A stretch of 60,765 nt of DNA from assembly GCA_964247295.1 (NCBI GenBank), contig CAXTTV010000003.1:8681-69445 (forward strand), given 5' to 3'. This stretch comes from an uncultured Ktedonobacteraceae bacterium (GTDB taxonomy: Bacteria; Chloroflexota; Ktedonobacteria; Ktedonobacterales; Ktedonobacteraceae). Below, piece after piece: positions 26,888 through 37,430 of the stretch. The position numbers and the translations under genes were made by a program. Every line of letters begins with the position of its first letter. Within the stretch, counting starts at the first letter, position 1. Under the pieces are notes generated by a model that was not told where the DNA came from, did no database searches, and was given only the letters and a program-made list of their open reading frames with translations.

Positions 26888-27727
26888 TTACTTTTTCTTA
26901 TCGCGTCTCTGGCGCTGGCGATACTCTGTGTAGAGGTTATCATGCTCGCCCGGTACCCCTTCACGCACTGTTGGTGGTATCACCCGTTCGCCTGGTGTTC
27001 CCCGACTTGGGGTTGAGCCGCGCGGCGTCCCTGCTGACGAGAAGGTTCGGGGAATCATATCAAGCCTCGCCAGTACGATCAGCAAAACCACCAGGAAGAC
27101 TAGGTAGATGACCGTTGATAGGCTAATGGGAACCTGTCCCCCGAAAAGATTTAGCGAGACGAGCAGTGGATCGAGATCCTTGGATTTCAGGTACTGTGTC
27201 AGGAAAACCCCAACAAATTGGGCAGCAATCAGATAGATCAACATTCCCAAAATGTATTTAAGTTTGAACGGATTGGCGGGTCGGGCTGGCCGAGCTGAAT
27301 TTGTGCGCGCGGTGGCCGGTTTGCTCTCCAGTTTTTCCTGCTCAACGGGCTGCTTTTTCTCGTTGACTTTTTCCTCAGTACCTTTGCGAGATCGCTCAGC
27401 CCGAGCGAGACGAGCGGCAGCGGCTTTGGAGGAGCGTGCCTCTTCAGATTTCTCACTTTTATCGGCACTAGAAAAAAAGCTCGCTCGCCTCGCGACCCTG
27501 GGTACCACTGGCATAATTGGAATCTGGCCAGTATCTTTACTTTGACCCGTAGTCGTATCAGAGGTCTCGATCACCTCATTCGTAGGTTCCATTTGCTCTG
27601 ATGGCTCTGATGGCGTAGACGCTTCTGCCGCAAGCTCTTTCGCGCTGGTTATCAGGATGGGGCGGTTACGATCTGTTTTTGGGCGTTTGGAAGATGGAGA
27701 TTGCCTGCGGCTATTCTCCTGGGTCAT
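26888..27727 (-). CDS. Hypothetical membrane protein with charged low-complexity cytoplasmic regions
   Basis: Two TM helices and K/E/R/S-rich segments. ATGA start/stop overlap with the upstream GlcG-like gene. Confidence 0.4.
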   Translation of the reverse strand: MTQENSRRQSPSSKRPKTDRNRPILITSAKELAAEASTPSEPSEQMEPTNEVIETSDTTTGQSKDTGQIPIMPVVPRVARRASFFSSADKSEKSEEARSSKAAAARLARAERSRKGTEEKVNEKKQPVEQEKLESKPATARTNSARPARPANPFKLKYILGMLIYLIAAQFVGVFLTQYLKSKDLDPLLVSLNLFGGQVPISLSTVIYLVFLVVLLIVLARLDMIPRTFSSAGTPRGSTPSRGTPGERVIPPTVREGVPGEHDNLYTEYRQRQRRDKKK

Positions 27728-28515
27728 GGTCGGCCTCCGGGACGGTTCTCACTGGATGAAAAAGACGACTCATCATTTTTTTCTTGCTTATTCTCCTCCT
27801 CGGGAGTCAGGTAGCGCGAGCTAGCCTGAATATCGGGCGAAGAGGGTCGGTCTGTCGGTACATCTCCCTGATCGCTTGATGGTAGCGGCTGGAATTCAGG
27901 GGTTGTTCCCTGATAAACTGAGTAGCCCGTCTGCTGCGATGGCGATTGGGGAGATGGATATTCTGGTGCTGACACCGAGGGCGGTGAGGGATACCCCATA
28001 GAGATGTCTTGAGGAGTCGATAACGGGTACTGTGCTGACGGTGATTGTCTGGGAGTCTGAGCTGGATAAGCCAGTGGAGGAGTAGAAGACTGTGCTGGTA
28101 CATTCTGCTGCATCTCCAGAACCGCAATGCCCGCTCGGGCGATCTCATCATCGCGTCCAGGCGCATTTCCACCGCTCACGCCAATCCCCCCGATTGTTGC
28201 CCCACCCGTACGGATCGGCCAACCACCGGCGGCCATAATAAACTTTCCATGGGACATCGTTGCCATACTGGCGGCAAAGCCCGGAATACCCGGAGCCCAT
28301 TGTGCTACCGCGTCGGTCGGCTGATTAAACATAACCGCTGTAGCGGCTTTAGCGATACTGATATCGACCGTGGCCCATCCATAGGGTGACATCATGCGCT
28401 CAAACAGTACCAGATGCCCACCTGCATCAACGATAGCGATGCTGATCGGGCTGCGTAATTCCTTTGCGCGTTGCTTGCTGGCCTCTAAAATTCGACGCGC
28501 TAAATCGATCGACAT
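27724..28515 (-). CDS. GlcG/HbpS-like (DUF336) heme-binding protein with Pro/Ser/Gln/Tyr-rich C-terminal tail
   Basis: The core IAIVDAGGHLVLFERM...GGWPI...GGIGVSGG matches the GlcG/HbpS family. AAGGAG RBS before ATG 28515. The track start 28590 is probably too long. Confidence 0.7.
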   Translation of the reverse strand: MSIDLARRILEASKQRAKELRSPISIAIVDAGGHLVLFERMMSPYGWATVDISIAKAATAVMFNQPTDAVAQWAPGIPGFAASMATMSHGKFIMAAGGWPIRTGGATIGGIGVSGGNAPGRDDEIARAGIAVLEMQQNVPAQSSTPPLAYPAQTPRQSPSAQYPLSTPQDISMGYPSPPSVSAPEYPSPQSPSQQTGYSVYQGTTPEFQPLPSSDQGDVPTDRPSSPDIQASSRYLTPEEENKQEKNDESSFSSSENRPGGRP

Positions 28516-28759
28516 ACTCACGCGTGCTGCTCCTTCTTTGACGTTCCAGTCTATGTAGCGGAACATCTTTGATTTCCAGAAGGAAACCATCTTTCTTCTA
28601 TCAATATTGGCTTCAGTATATCATAACTAGCTCGGCTGCAATAGAGAAATGTGATTCTTCTGTCATGGCGAATTTGGATATAAATGAGGAGATATTCGCA
28701 AGTAAATGAGAAAGTGCTTTCACATAAATGAGGGGATACCCGCACATAAATGAGCGGTC

Positions 28760-29578
28760 CTACACGATCTGTACCCGCTCCTGTTGCCAGATCAAGCGGG
28801 AATACTTTTCTTTAACAAGCTTTTCCGCCAGACGCCACTCAGCCTCGCTTACTTCAGCCGGCTCAAACGGATGTTGTAACATGCTACTAAAGCCCCGCTG
28901 AAAAGCTTCCGCCACCTGATTCCAATCCGGCTCTGGAATAAAGGTTGAGAGCGCGGTACTTTTCTCAAGGTACTCGGTCAGCGCTTTTTCCCGCTGCTCC
29001 TGGCTCTTAAAGGCAATCAGCTCAAAAAAGTCGGCGGCCCGATCCCTCAAGGGAATTGAACCCTGCTGCAATAACACGTCATCACGCCAGACTTGCGCGC
29101 TTCCAACTAGCTTATAACCCTCACAGACTAGATCGGCCTGGGTGGTGGAGGCGAAACAGGCAGCCGAGGGGTTTTTACTTACATGCTCATTGCTAATCTC
29201 ACAGGGGAGCCCTAACCCCTTTAAGGCTTCCATCAAGCCTCGCAACAGGTAGGCATAGGCGGAGACAACTCCACCCGGTACGCCATATTGTTTGCCAATC
29301 ACAATGCTATAGGTAAAGTCGTCGGGATGATAGACGGCTCGCCCTCCGGTCGGCCTTCTAACAAGCGCGACACCGCGTTTCTCGCACTCCTCGATCCGCA
29401 TTTCGCGCTCGGCATTCTGAAAACGCCCCAATGAGATCGACGGTTGCTCCCAACGAAAGACGCGGAGTGTTGGTGGCACCTCTCCCCGGAGATGTGAAAT
29501 CAAAATCGCCTCGTCAAGCGCCATATTCATCGGTGCACTCAATGGAGGTGTGTTTAGGAAACGGTAGCTTTCACCCAT
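28760..29578 (-). CDS. Lipoate-protein ligase / octanoyltransferase family protein (BPL/LPL catalytic domain)
   Basis: RVFRWEQPSISLGRFQ...RRPTGGRAVYH is a LplA/LipM-like catalytic region. 272 aa. Confidence 0.7.
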   Translation of the reverse strand: MGESYRFLNTPPLSAPMNMALDEAILISHLRGEVPPTLRVFRWEQPSISLGRFQNAEREMRIEECEKRGVALVRRPTGGRAVYHPDDFTYSIVIGKQYGVPGGVVSAYAYLLRGLMEALKGLGLPCEISNEHVSKNPSAACFASTTQADLVCEGYKLVGSAQVWRDDVLLQQGSIPLRDRAADFFELIAFKSQEQREKALTEYLEKSTALSTFIPEPDWNQVAEAFQRGFSSMLQHPFEPAEVSEAEWRLAEKLVKEKYSRLIWQQERVQIV

Positions 29579-29596
29579 GATGCTTTTTCCTGCCTG

Positions 29597-30808
29597 CTAA
29601 CTACGACTTTTCGCGCGGGCCGCCTGCCACTTTTCTCGCTGACTTTGACGTACCTGTTCCGAAGCGGGTTGATATTCCATTAAGAATGCGTCCCGAAATT
29701 GGGGATATTCTCCATCTAAAATCGACTTTCTTAGATCCGCCGCCAGCCTTAGCATAAAGCGCAGATTATGAATTGTCGCTAAACGATAGTAGAGTTGCTC
29801 TTCCGCTCTCGCTAAATGATGTATGTAAGCTGCACTATAGTTACGACACGTAGAACAATCGCAACCTACTTCCACAGGCCCCTTCTCCGTACGGAAGCGA
29901 GCAGATTTAATAGTAACTCGCCCCTGGCGTGTGAAAAGCGCGCCATGGCGCGCCACCCTGGTTGGGAGCACGCAATCAAACATATCCATACCCAAGCCAA
30001 CACCGATAACCAGGTCCTCGGGCGATCCCACACCCAGAAGATGACGAGGTTTAGCGCGTGGGAGGGAAGGAGTAGTCGCCTGGAGCATCTCCCACATCAG
30101 CTCTTTGGGCTCGCCCACGGATAAGCCGCCGATTGAGAGGCCGGGAAAAGGTAGGTTCCCAATGTACTCGGCGCTCTGTTGCCGCAGTTCAGGTTCAAAT
30201 GCCCCCTGCACAATCCCAAAGAGTGTCTGCTCCGGCTTATAATGATCTTTGACCGCGAGCGCGCGTTCTTCCCAGCGATGCGTACGCTCCATCGCTGCTC
30301 TGGCCTCATCTTTACCACATGGATAAGCGGCGCAGATATCCAGGGGAAGAACAATATCGGCCCCAATCTCCGCCTCGATCTGCATCACGCTTTCGGGCGT
30401 TATCAAGTGGCGCGAGCCGTCCAGATGGGATTGAAAGTGGGCCCCTTGCTCACTTAATTTGCGGAGGTGACCGAGGCTAAATACTTGAAAGCCTCCGCTA
30501 TCGGTGAGGATCGGACCATCCCATCGCATGAAATTATGCAGACCTCCGAACTCATTGATCAGTCCGGTCCCTGGCCGCAGCATCAGATGGTAGGTGTTAG
30601 ACAGGATAATTTGCGCGCCGACCTCACTCAATTCCTGGGGAGAAACACTTTTGACCGTGGCCTGGGTGCCGACCGGCATAAAAATTGGTGTCTGAATCTG
30701 GCCGTGGGGAGTGGTAATCGTCCCGGCTCGTGCCCATGTATCGGGACATTCCGCCTCAATTGTATAGGAAAATGCTGGCATGCGTTCCTCTGTGCAAGTA
30801 AAAGCCAA
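29597..30808 (-). CDS. tgt: Queuine tRNA-ribosyltransferase (tRNA-guanine transglycosylase)
   Basis: Tgt family motifs (PVGTQATVK, LDICAAYPC, Zn site CDCSTCRNYSAAYIHHL). Confidence 0.9.
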   Translation of the reverse strand: MAFTCTEERMPAFSYTIEAECPDTWARAGTITTPHGQIQTPIFMPVGTQATVKSVSPQELSEVGAQIILSNTYHLMLRPGTGLINEFGGLHNFMRWDGPILTDSGGFQVFSLGHLRKLSEQGAHFQSHLDGSRHLITPESVMQIEAEIGADIVLPLDICAAYPCGKDEARAAMERTHRWEERALAVKDHYKPEQTLFGIVQGAFEPELRQQSAEYIGNLPFPGLSIGGLSVGEPKELMWEMLQATTPSLPRAKPRHLLGVGSPEDLVIGVGLGMDMFDCVLPTRVARHGALFTRQGRVTIKSARFRTEKGPVEVGCDCSTCRNYSAAYIHHLARAEEQLYYRLATIHNLRFMLRLAADLRKSILDGEYPQFRDAFLMEYQPASEQVRQSQREKWQAARAKSRS

Positions 30809-31355
30809 TGGCTATAATACTCTCCATTCTCTCACAAGGGTCAAGTAAAGCTTCATACATTGGGAAATGTATATGAGGTCCCTCAAATGGTCGGTCTCTC
30901 TCTAACACCCTTTCAAGCAATGTTCCATCGGAATCGCGAAGCGTCCCCTTGCCGCTATATGTAGGCGAGAAAATTTATACATGAAGTTAACCAACATTAT
31001 TCTTCAGGTTAAAATAGTCGTGTTGGGAAAAGAATATAAAGAATCACCGAACTACAACGTGAGTCACTACACAATCTAACTACTAAATCAAACTTATTAT
31101 AAATTTTCGATGCTATAATCAGCACATATAAAAAAAGTGTAAAGATACGCTGAAAATATACAATTTGGCGAAAAAACTCTTGAAAATTAGGGTGAGATCG
31201 TGTATGCTTCAAACGGTATCCGATATCGGTCACGTATAAAGCTAGTCCAGAACGCTGGTGATCCCGCTGGTTGGGTCGTAGTCAATCAGGCTGGTAGTAG
31301 CTGCCAGGAAGTGGGCCCTGAGGAATACCAACTTATCACATTAGGAGGTCCCTAG

Positions 31356-31664
31356 TTGAGCTTCGTCGACAAAACTCTGAAGTGCCGCGAGTGCGGAAAC
31401 GATTTTGCTTTCACCGCCGGTGAGCAAGAATTCTACCAGCAAAAAGGCCTGATGAATCAGCCGGGTCGATGCCCAGACTGCCGGGCCGCCCGCCGTGCTT
31501 CTGCGGGTGGTATGGGAACCCGCTCCGAGCGTGCTCCTCGCGAAATGCATACAGTTATTTGTGCTGAATGTGGTAACGAGACGCAGGTCCCATTCTTGCC
31601 CAAGAATGACCGCCCGGTTTATTGCAGCCCCTGCTACGATAAGGTGCGCGTCGCCCGCAGCTAA
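31356..31664 (+). CDS. Small duplicated CxxC zinc-ribbon protein
   Basis: TTG start with AGGAGG RBS (31343-31348). Two modules, each CxxC-x~20-CxxC (CRECG...CPDC; CAECG...CSPC). Confidence 0.55.
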   Translation: MSFVDKTLKCRECGNDFAFTAGEQEFYQQKGLMNQPGRCPDCRAARRASAGGMGTRSERAPREMHTVICAECGNETQVPFLPKNDRPVYCSPCYDKVRVARS

Positions 31665-32512
31665 CCTGACTATTTTCTCCCCTCTTTGACCGGCTTCAGT
31701 CAGTCTGGCTCTGCGGGGAAAAGATAGGGATGGTCGGGATAGTCTTTCCCCGAGAGCTTTTCCAAATCTACCTTAACCATTTTACCTTGCACCTTTATGC
31801 AAAAAAACAGCGAACGCTTGCTCTTTTTAATGAAGAGGTAAGCGTTTCGCTCCTCCAGGCTCTTTCTCTGGTCCCACGGTCTTTTCATTCTAGAAAGAAG
31901 TGGGGTCCAGGGGTGTCAACCCCTTGACGGGGGCGGAGCGTCTCCGCGCACCTTCTCCCCCTCCTCGCTGCCGAAGGCGGCAGAAGAAGAGAATGAAACA
32001 GCCTTGCTCTAGTCCCACGCTGGTTGACTCTCCCTTCTTCTAAACATATACTTACTATTAGTAGTGTTTTTCTTTTATCTAGAACTGCCGATTATCCTTT
32101 TCCAGGTGCCCACAACTAATGGTGTCGCGCGTATCTAGAAAAAGTGAGCTAATCCACTATTATATTTCCTCTATACAGGTTTGTAGATAGGCGCAGAGAA
32201 CAAAATCTGGCTTTTTTTTGTTATCAATTATAAAGAGCTTGATATTCTCGTTGTCAGATAAAAATTGGCTATTTTATAAATGTTCTGGAGCTGGAATGTT
32301 ACATCTTCCAGTCCTTGTGCGTTTCTTTTGCATATAGATCCACTTTTTATTCTTTAGTTGAAGGAAGCAGGGAGGGGGGAATTGGGGCTCTGCCCCAGCC
32401 CCCGGCAGGAGGGAATAGAGCCCTCCCGTGCCTCCCGTTTTTGTCTCATTTTACTATTCGTTACTGTTCTCAATCTTTTTCGTAGAACGATGGCGAGGAT
32501 TTCAGGGGTATC

Positions 32513-34855
32513 TTGATGATGGCTATTAATTCCGGTGAATCCCTTGCACCTGCCCAGGTTACATTGCAGCTTCTCTTAAAGGAGACGCGTACATATCTCT
32601 CCGATGGCGATCTGGAGAAAATTCTGCGCGCCTATGATCTGGCTGAAAATGCTCATCGTGGCGTCTTCCGTCGATCTGGCGAGCCGTATATATTGCATCC
32701 TTTAGAGGTGGCGTTGCTACTCGCGGATATGCGTATTGACGCGGATGGGATTGTAGCCGCGCTTCTGCATGATGTTGTTGAAGATACAGACTCTTCCCTT
32801 AACGATCTTCGTGAGCAGTTCGGTGAGGCGGTGGCTCGTATCGTTGACGGAGTAACAAAATTTGATGCCCTGGCTAATCTCCCATCTTCGCCTCTGTCAT
32901 CCGACACTTCCCATATCACGGAAACTCCCGAGCCGATCGACCTGGAGCAGCGTCAACGCCAGGAGCGCGAGATCAAAAATCGTTTGAAGTCGGAGACGGT
33001 CCGCAAGATGATGCTGGCGATGGTGGAAGATCCGCGCGTGGTGGTGTTGAAGCTGGCCGACCGCATCCATAATATGCGTACACTTGGTGCGATGAAGCCC
33101 TCCCAACAGCAGAACAAGGCTCGCGAGACTGCGGAGATCTATGCTCCCCTGGCTCGACGCCTGGGTATGGTTCTGGCTCAGGCTGAATTGGAAGATCTCT
33201 CCCTCCGCTATCTGGAACCTGAGCGTTACGCGACTCTGGCCCGCCAGGTAGAGGAGGAGCGGCGTAAACGCAAGCCATATGTGGAACAGGTCACAAAAAT
33301 GCTTCAGGAGGAGATGGATCGTGCGAATATTAAAGCACAGGTTCACCCCTGGCAGAAACATCTGGCTAGCATCAACCGTAAACTTTTTCAGGGGGGGATG
33401 GATGATGTAAGCCAGCTTCACGATCTGGTTTCCTTCCGGATTCTGGTGGACTCAGAATATGAATGTTACGTGGCTCTGGGTCATATTCACGCTCTCTGGC
33501 ATCCAAAGGATGGCCGGATTAAAGACTTTATCGCGACGCCCAAGCTGAATGGCTATCAATCGCTGCACACTACCGTGTTTTGTCTGGAGAACCGCCTCGC
33601 GGAAATCCAGATCCGTACAGAGGATATGCAGCACATCGCGGACTACGGGATCGCCAGTTACTGGTCGACCAGAAATCAAGAGGGTCAGTCTCATCTTTCG
33701 TACCGCGAGATGGTAGCCTGGATTGAGCAATTACGTGATTGGCAGCGCGAGCTTCCACAAAACGCGGATGAGTTTGTTGAGGCGGTGAAAGGTGATATCT
33801 TTGATGAGCAGATCTTTGTGTTTACTCCAAAAGGAGAGGTGAAGGATCTACCGCGCGGCTCAACGCCGCTAGATATGGCCTACCGCATCCATTCAGATAT
33901 TGGCGATCATTGTGCCGGCGCTCGCATTATTACCAATGTGGCCGATACCGAACGCCTGGTAACTCGTCTGGTTCCGCTGGATTATGAGCTGAAGAACGGT
34001 GAGATTGTCGATATCGTGACCAATCGAAGCGCTCATCCTACCAGCGATTGGCTTTCTTTCGCGCGCACAACTTCCGCCCGAGCCAAGATTCGGCGCTATC
34101 TGAAGACGTATGAGCGCGAGATAAATCTCCAGCTCGGTCAGGAGCGCTTGAACCAGGCTTTGAAGGCTGCCGGCGCTTCAGGTATAGATGCAGTGGAAGA
34201 GCGGGACTTTACGTCCTTTGGCGCGGCTAAAAAGCTCAACTCTCCCGAGGATGTCTATGTCGCACTTGGACGTGAAGATCTGCCGATCGAGCTGGTGATG
34301 GAGAATGTTCTTCCTCACCTGGAGATCCGTGGGGCACTTCAGCCGTTGCCAAAGGCAATGCAGGAGTCACCCACAGCGAAAAATGAGATCTATACTTGTG
34401 AGGAAGGTGACGCGACAGCTCGCACAGCGTCTCTGGCGCACTGCTGCTGCCCGATCCCACCAGATCCCATTGTGGGTTTTCTTCATCCCAATCGGGGAGT
34501 GATGGTCCACCATAATGATTGTAGTGCCCTCCAACGCTCTCGTAAAGGGGCGAAAGAACGGATCATTGGAATAAACTGGGATCAGATTGAGGCTGAGCAC
34601 TACCTGGCTCCAATCGTGATTATCGCCCACGATCGCGCGGGCCTGCTTCGAGATGTGGCTGCGGTAGTCGCGGATGCCGGTATCAATATGACGACAGTCG
34701 CTTCTACAACCCATCCATCTTTACATAAGGCAGTTATTAACGCGACGTTAGAGATTGAGACCGTGGATCAGATTGAGCGGGTCTCGAAACGCTTGCTACA
34801 GATCAGAAATGTAGTGAGTGTGGGCCGTGATCTTGGACGGCGCGCGGCCAGTTAA
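32513..34855 (+). CDS. rel: Bifunctional (p)ppGpp synthetase/hydrolase (Rel/SpoT homologue, intact HD site)
   Basis: The HD domain has HRGVFRRSGEPYILHPLEVA...LLHDVVEDT and LADRIHNMRTL. The synthetase domain has GRIKDFIATPKLNGYQSLHTTV and EIQIRT. TGS and ACT C-terminal domains are present. An insertion of about 30 aa lies within the HD domain. Confidence 0.9.
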   Translation: MMMAINSGESLAPAQVTLQLLLKETRTYLSDGDLEKILRAYDLAENAHRGVFRRSGEPYILHPLEVALLLADMRIDADGIVAALLHDVVEDTDSSLNDLREQFGEAVARIVDGVTKFDALANLPSSPLSSDTSHITETPEPIDLEQRQRQEREIKNRLKSETVRKMMLAMVEDPRVVVLKLADRIHNMRTLGAMKPSQQQNKARETAEIYAPLARRLGMVLAQAELEDLSLRYLEPERYATLARQVEEERRKRKPYVEQVTKMLQEEMDRANIKAQVHPWQKHLASINRKLFQGGMDDVSQLHDLVSFRILVDSEYECYVALGHIHALWHPKDGRIKDFIATPKLNGYQSLHTTVFCLENRLAEIQIRTEDMQHIADYGIASYWSTRNQEGQSHLSYREMVAWIEQLRDWQRELPQNADEFVEAVKGDIFDEQIFVFTPKGEVKDLPRGSTPLDMAYRIHSDIGDHCAGARIITNVADTERLVTRLVPLDYELKNGEIVDIVTNRSAHPTSDWLSFARTTSARAKIRRYLKTYEREINLQLGQERLNQALKAAGASGIDAVEERDFTSFGAAKKLNSPEDVYVALGREDLPIELVMENVLPHLEIRGALQPLPKAMQESPTAKNEIYTCEEGDATARTASLAHCCCPIPPDPIVGFLHPNRGVMVHHNDCSALQRSRKGAKERIIGINWDQIEAEHYLAPIVIIAHDRAGLLRDVAAVVADAGINMTTVASTTHPSLHKAVINATLEIETVDQIERVSKRLLQIRNVVSVGRDLGRRAAS

Positions 34856-34935
34856 CGAGATCCTCACACTATATGGTGGTTAAAAAAGCACGTATCATCG
34901 GCGTTTCAAAACGTCATGGGTTAAAATAGATAAAC

Positions 34936-37347
34936 ATGGTTTATACTTTTGTAGAACAAGATTCTTCGCCACGCGATGCCGCCGAGCGCTCCGCCCAGCA
35001 CCTGCTTGCGCTGGTTCGGAAATATATGTCTTCCGTTGAGATAGAGCTTGTTACACGGGCCCTCCAACTGGCTCAAGAGGTGACCCAGGGAGTAAGAGGC
35101 TTTCGCACTCTTCCTCCTTTTGAGCATGCTCTGGCGATCTCGACGATCCTTGCCGAGATGCATATTGATGCGATTGGGATTGCCTCTGGTCTGGTCTTTG
35201 AGGCCATTGATGCTTCGTTGCTCTCAATTGAAAGGATCGAGGGTGAGCTGGGCCACGCGGTCGCTCGTGTGGTTGAAAGTATATCCCGCTTGAATATTCT
35301 AGAGCGCAAAAAGCAGAGCATGGAGATGGAGCGCGCATCCTCTCAAGCAGATGTTAGCGTTGGGCGCGATGCGAAAAAGCGTCGAGTGCGCGAAGCGATG
35401 CATCAGCAACAGGCAGAGACCGTTCGTAAAATGTTTATGGGGATGGCTGATGATCCACGGGTGGTTCTGCTCAAGCTAGCATACCGTCTGTACGCGATGC
35501 GTCATCTCCGTGCCTCCCTAAGGGAGGGGCAGCCCGCCGATGCCGAGCAGATCAAGATGGCCCAGGAGACGCGAGATATCTATTCGCCTCTGGCTGGTCG
35601 CCTGGGGATGTCGCGCGCCGAATGCGAGCTGGATGATCTCTCGTTCGCGGTCCTTGAGCCTGATACCAGCGATTGGCTTCGCGATCAGATTGAGGCTGAG
35701 AGCATTCACTGGCGTTCGTATGTGAACCGCATCTGTGGCATCCTGCGGGAGGAGATGGCGAAACTAGGGATCAAAGCCGAAGTTTCGGGTCGTATGAAGC
35801 ATCTCTATAGTTTCTACAAAAAGCTGAAGCGTAACGCTGGCAATGTAGAAACGCTAGAAGGCCTCAAGGCCGCCGCTGACTTTAGCCAGATCCACGATCT
35901 TATTGCCTTCCGTATTCTGGTAAATACCACGTCAGATTGCTATGTAGCCCTTGGGCATGTGCATAGCCTCTGGCGACCAAAAGACGGTCGGATCAAAGAC
36001 TTTGTAGCCAATCCCAAACCCAATGGGTATCGTGCCCTGCATACCACTGTTTTCTGCATGGATAACCAGCTTGTTGAGATCCAGATTCGCACCTTTGAGA
36101 TGCATGAAATGGCGGAGTATGGTGTGGCGATGCACTGGCATTATAAAGATGTCGGTGACACCGCTTCGTCCTCAGCGAAAGAACTGCTCTCCTGGTTACG
36201 TCAGCTTGCCGATTGGCAAAAAGAGCTTCGTAGCTCGAATGGCAACGAAAGCGAGATTGTCGAGAGTATTCGGGAAGATATTTTTGATGAGCAGATCTAT
36301 GTATTTACGCCTCGGGGTGAGGTGAGGGATCTTCCTGTCGGCTCGACACCGTTGGATTTTGCTTACCGCATTCATTCCGAAGTTGGCGATAAATGCGCGG
36401 GAGCGCGGGTAACGGTGAGCAGCGGTTCTGGCGAGGCCGATCGCCTGACAACTCGTATGGTACCGCTCGACTACGAACTGAAAAACGGCGATATCATTGA
36501 TATTGTTACCAACCGCACCGCTCATCCCACCCGTGACTGGCTCCACTTTGCCCGGACCGCCAACGCCCGTAGCAAGATCCGACGCTACCTGAAGATTCAT
36601 GAGCGCGATATCAATATTCAGATCGGGCGGGAGCGCCTGGATCGCGAGAGCAAGCTCAGAGTTGGTCGTGGTCTGGAGGTACTGACAGAGGATAGCCAGA
36701 ACTGGCTGGCAGCCGAGTTTAAAGAGGAAACCTTTGAAGACCTGCTCTCCGCCATCGGAACGGATAAGCTGCGCCCGCACGCTGTCGCGGTCAGGCTTAG
36801 CGAGTATCTTCCACAGCCACGAGATCCCAGGGAGGAAGCGGGAGACGAGATCACGATCCCCTCAACGCGATCTTCCGCCAGTTCGGCAACCCTGGAGGTA
36901 GCTGGCGTCAGTGGCCTGCTGACACGGCTGGCGAACTGCTGTTGCCCTCTTCCAGGCGACGACATTGTTGGATTTATTAGTCGGGGGAAAGGTGTGATTA
37001 TTCATAGAACCGATTGTCGAAATATCAAACGCTACCATACCGAGCAGAGCGAGCGTCTGGTGGCGGTGACCTGGACAACTATGAACAATCAGCGGTATCT
37101 TGCCTCGATTGTGATTGTGGCGCAAGACCGCCCTGGTCTGATCCGTGATGTCGCCACCGTAGTCTCTGATGCCGGCGTGAATATGAACACCGTTACCACC
37201 TCAGTCACTAAAGGCCAGGCGATTATCAGCACGCAGATAAACGTTGACAGTATAGAGCAGATGGAGCAGCTTTTCCACAAGATCCAGCGGATCAAAGGAG
37301 TCAGCCATGTTGCCCGAGATCTTGGCCGCAAGCCCAGCGCTCTGTAG
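34936..37347 (+). CDS. relA: RelA-like (p)ppGpp synthetase with degenerate hydrolase domain
   Basis: The synthetase motifs are canonical (GRMKHLYSFYKKL, GRIKDFVANPKPNGYRALHTTV, EIQIRT). The HD motifs are lost (LLHDVVEDT to LVFEAIDAS; LADRIHNMRTL to LAYRLYAMRHL). TGS and ACT domains are present. Confidence 0.85.
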   Translation: MVYTFVEQDSSPRDAAERSAQHLLALVRKYMSSVEIELVTRALQLAQEVTQGVRGFRTLPPFEHALAISTILAEMHIDAIGIASGLVFEAIDASLLSIERIEGELGHAVARVVESISRLNILERKKQSMEMERASSQADVSVGRDAKKRRVREAMHQQQAETVRKMFMGMADDPRVVLLKLAYRLYAMRHLRASLREGQPADAEQIKMAQETRDIYSPLAGRLGMSRAECELDDLSFAVLEPDTSDWLRDQIEAESIHWRSYVNRICGILREEMAKLGIKAEVSGRMKHLYSFYKKLKRNAGNVETLEGLKAAADFSQIHDLIAFRILVNTTSDCYVALGHVHSLWRPKDGRIKDFVANPKPNGYRALHTTVFCMDNQLVEIQIRTFEMHEMAEYGVAMHWHYKDVGDTASSSAKELLSWLRQLADWQKELRSSNGNESEIVESIREDIFDEQIYVFTPRGEVRDLPVGSTPLDFAYRIHSEVGDKCAGARVTVSSGSGEADRLTTRMVPLDYELKNGDIIDIVTNRTAHPTRDWLHFARTANARSKIRRYLKIHERDINIQIGRERLDRESKLRVGRGLEVLTEDSQNWLAAEFKEETFEDLLSAIGTDKLRPHAVAVRLSEYLPQPRDPREEAGDEITIPSTRSSASSATLEVAGVSGLLTRLANCCCPLPGDDIVGFISRGKGVIIHRTDCRNIKRYHTEQSERLVAVTWTTMNNQRYLASIVIVAQDRPGLIRDVATVVSDAGVNMNTVTTSVTKGQAIISTQINVDSIEQMEQLFHKIQRIKGVSHVARDLGRKPSAL

Positions 37348-37350
37348 ATA

Positions 37351-37400
37351 ATAGACGATAAAAAAGGTTCTCAATACTGGGAACCTTTTTTATCGTCTAT
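37351..37400. terminator. Bidirectional rho-independent terminator (perfect 20-bp inverted repeat)
   Basis: ATAGACGATAAAAAAGGTTC-tcaatactgg-GAACCTTTTTTATCGTCTAT between convergent relA-like and rpoD. The A/T tracts suit termination in both directions. Confidence 0.75.
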
Positions 37401-37430
37401 TCGCCTTTGTGTATAGTCAGAAGAGGGAGT

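Noticed and set aside
31700-31927. Short ORFs (62-65 aa) in the rel upstream region
   Set aside because: No RBS. Composition typical of non-coding sequence. The region is better described as structured non-coding.
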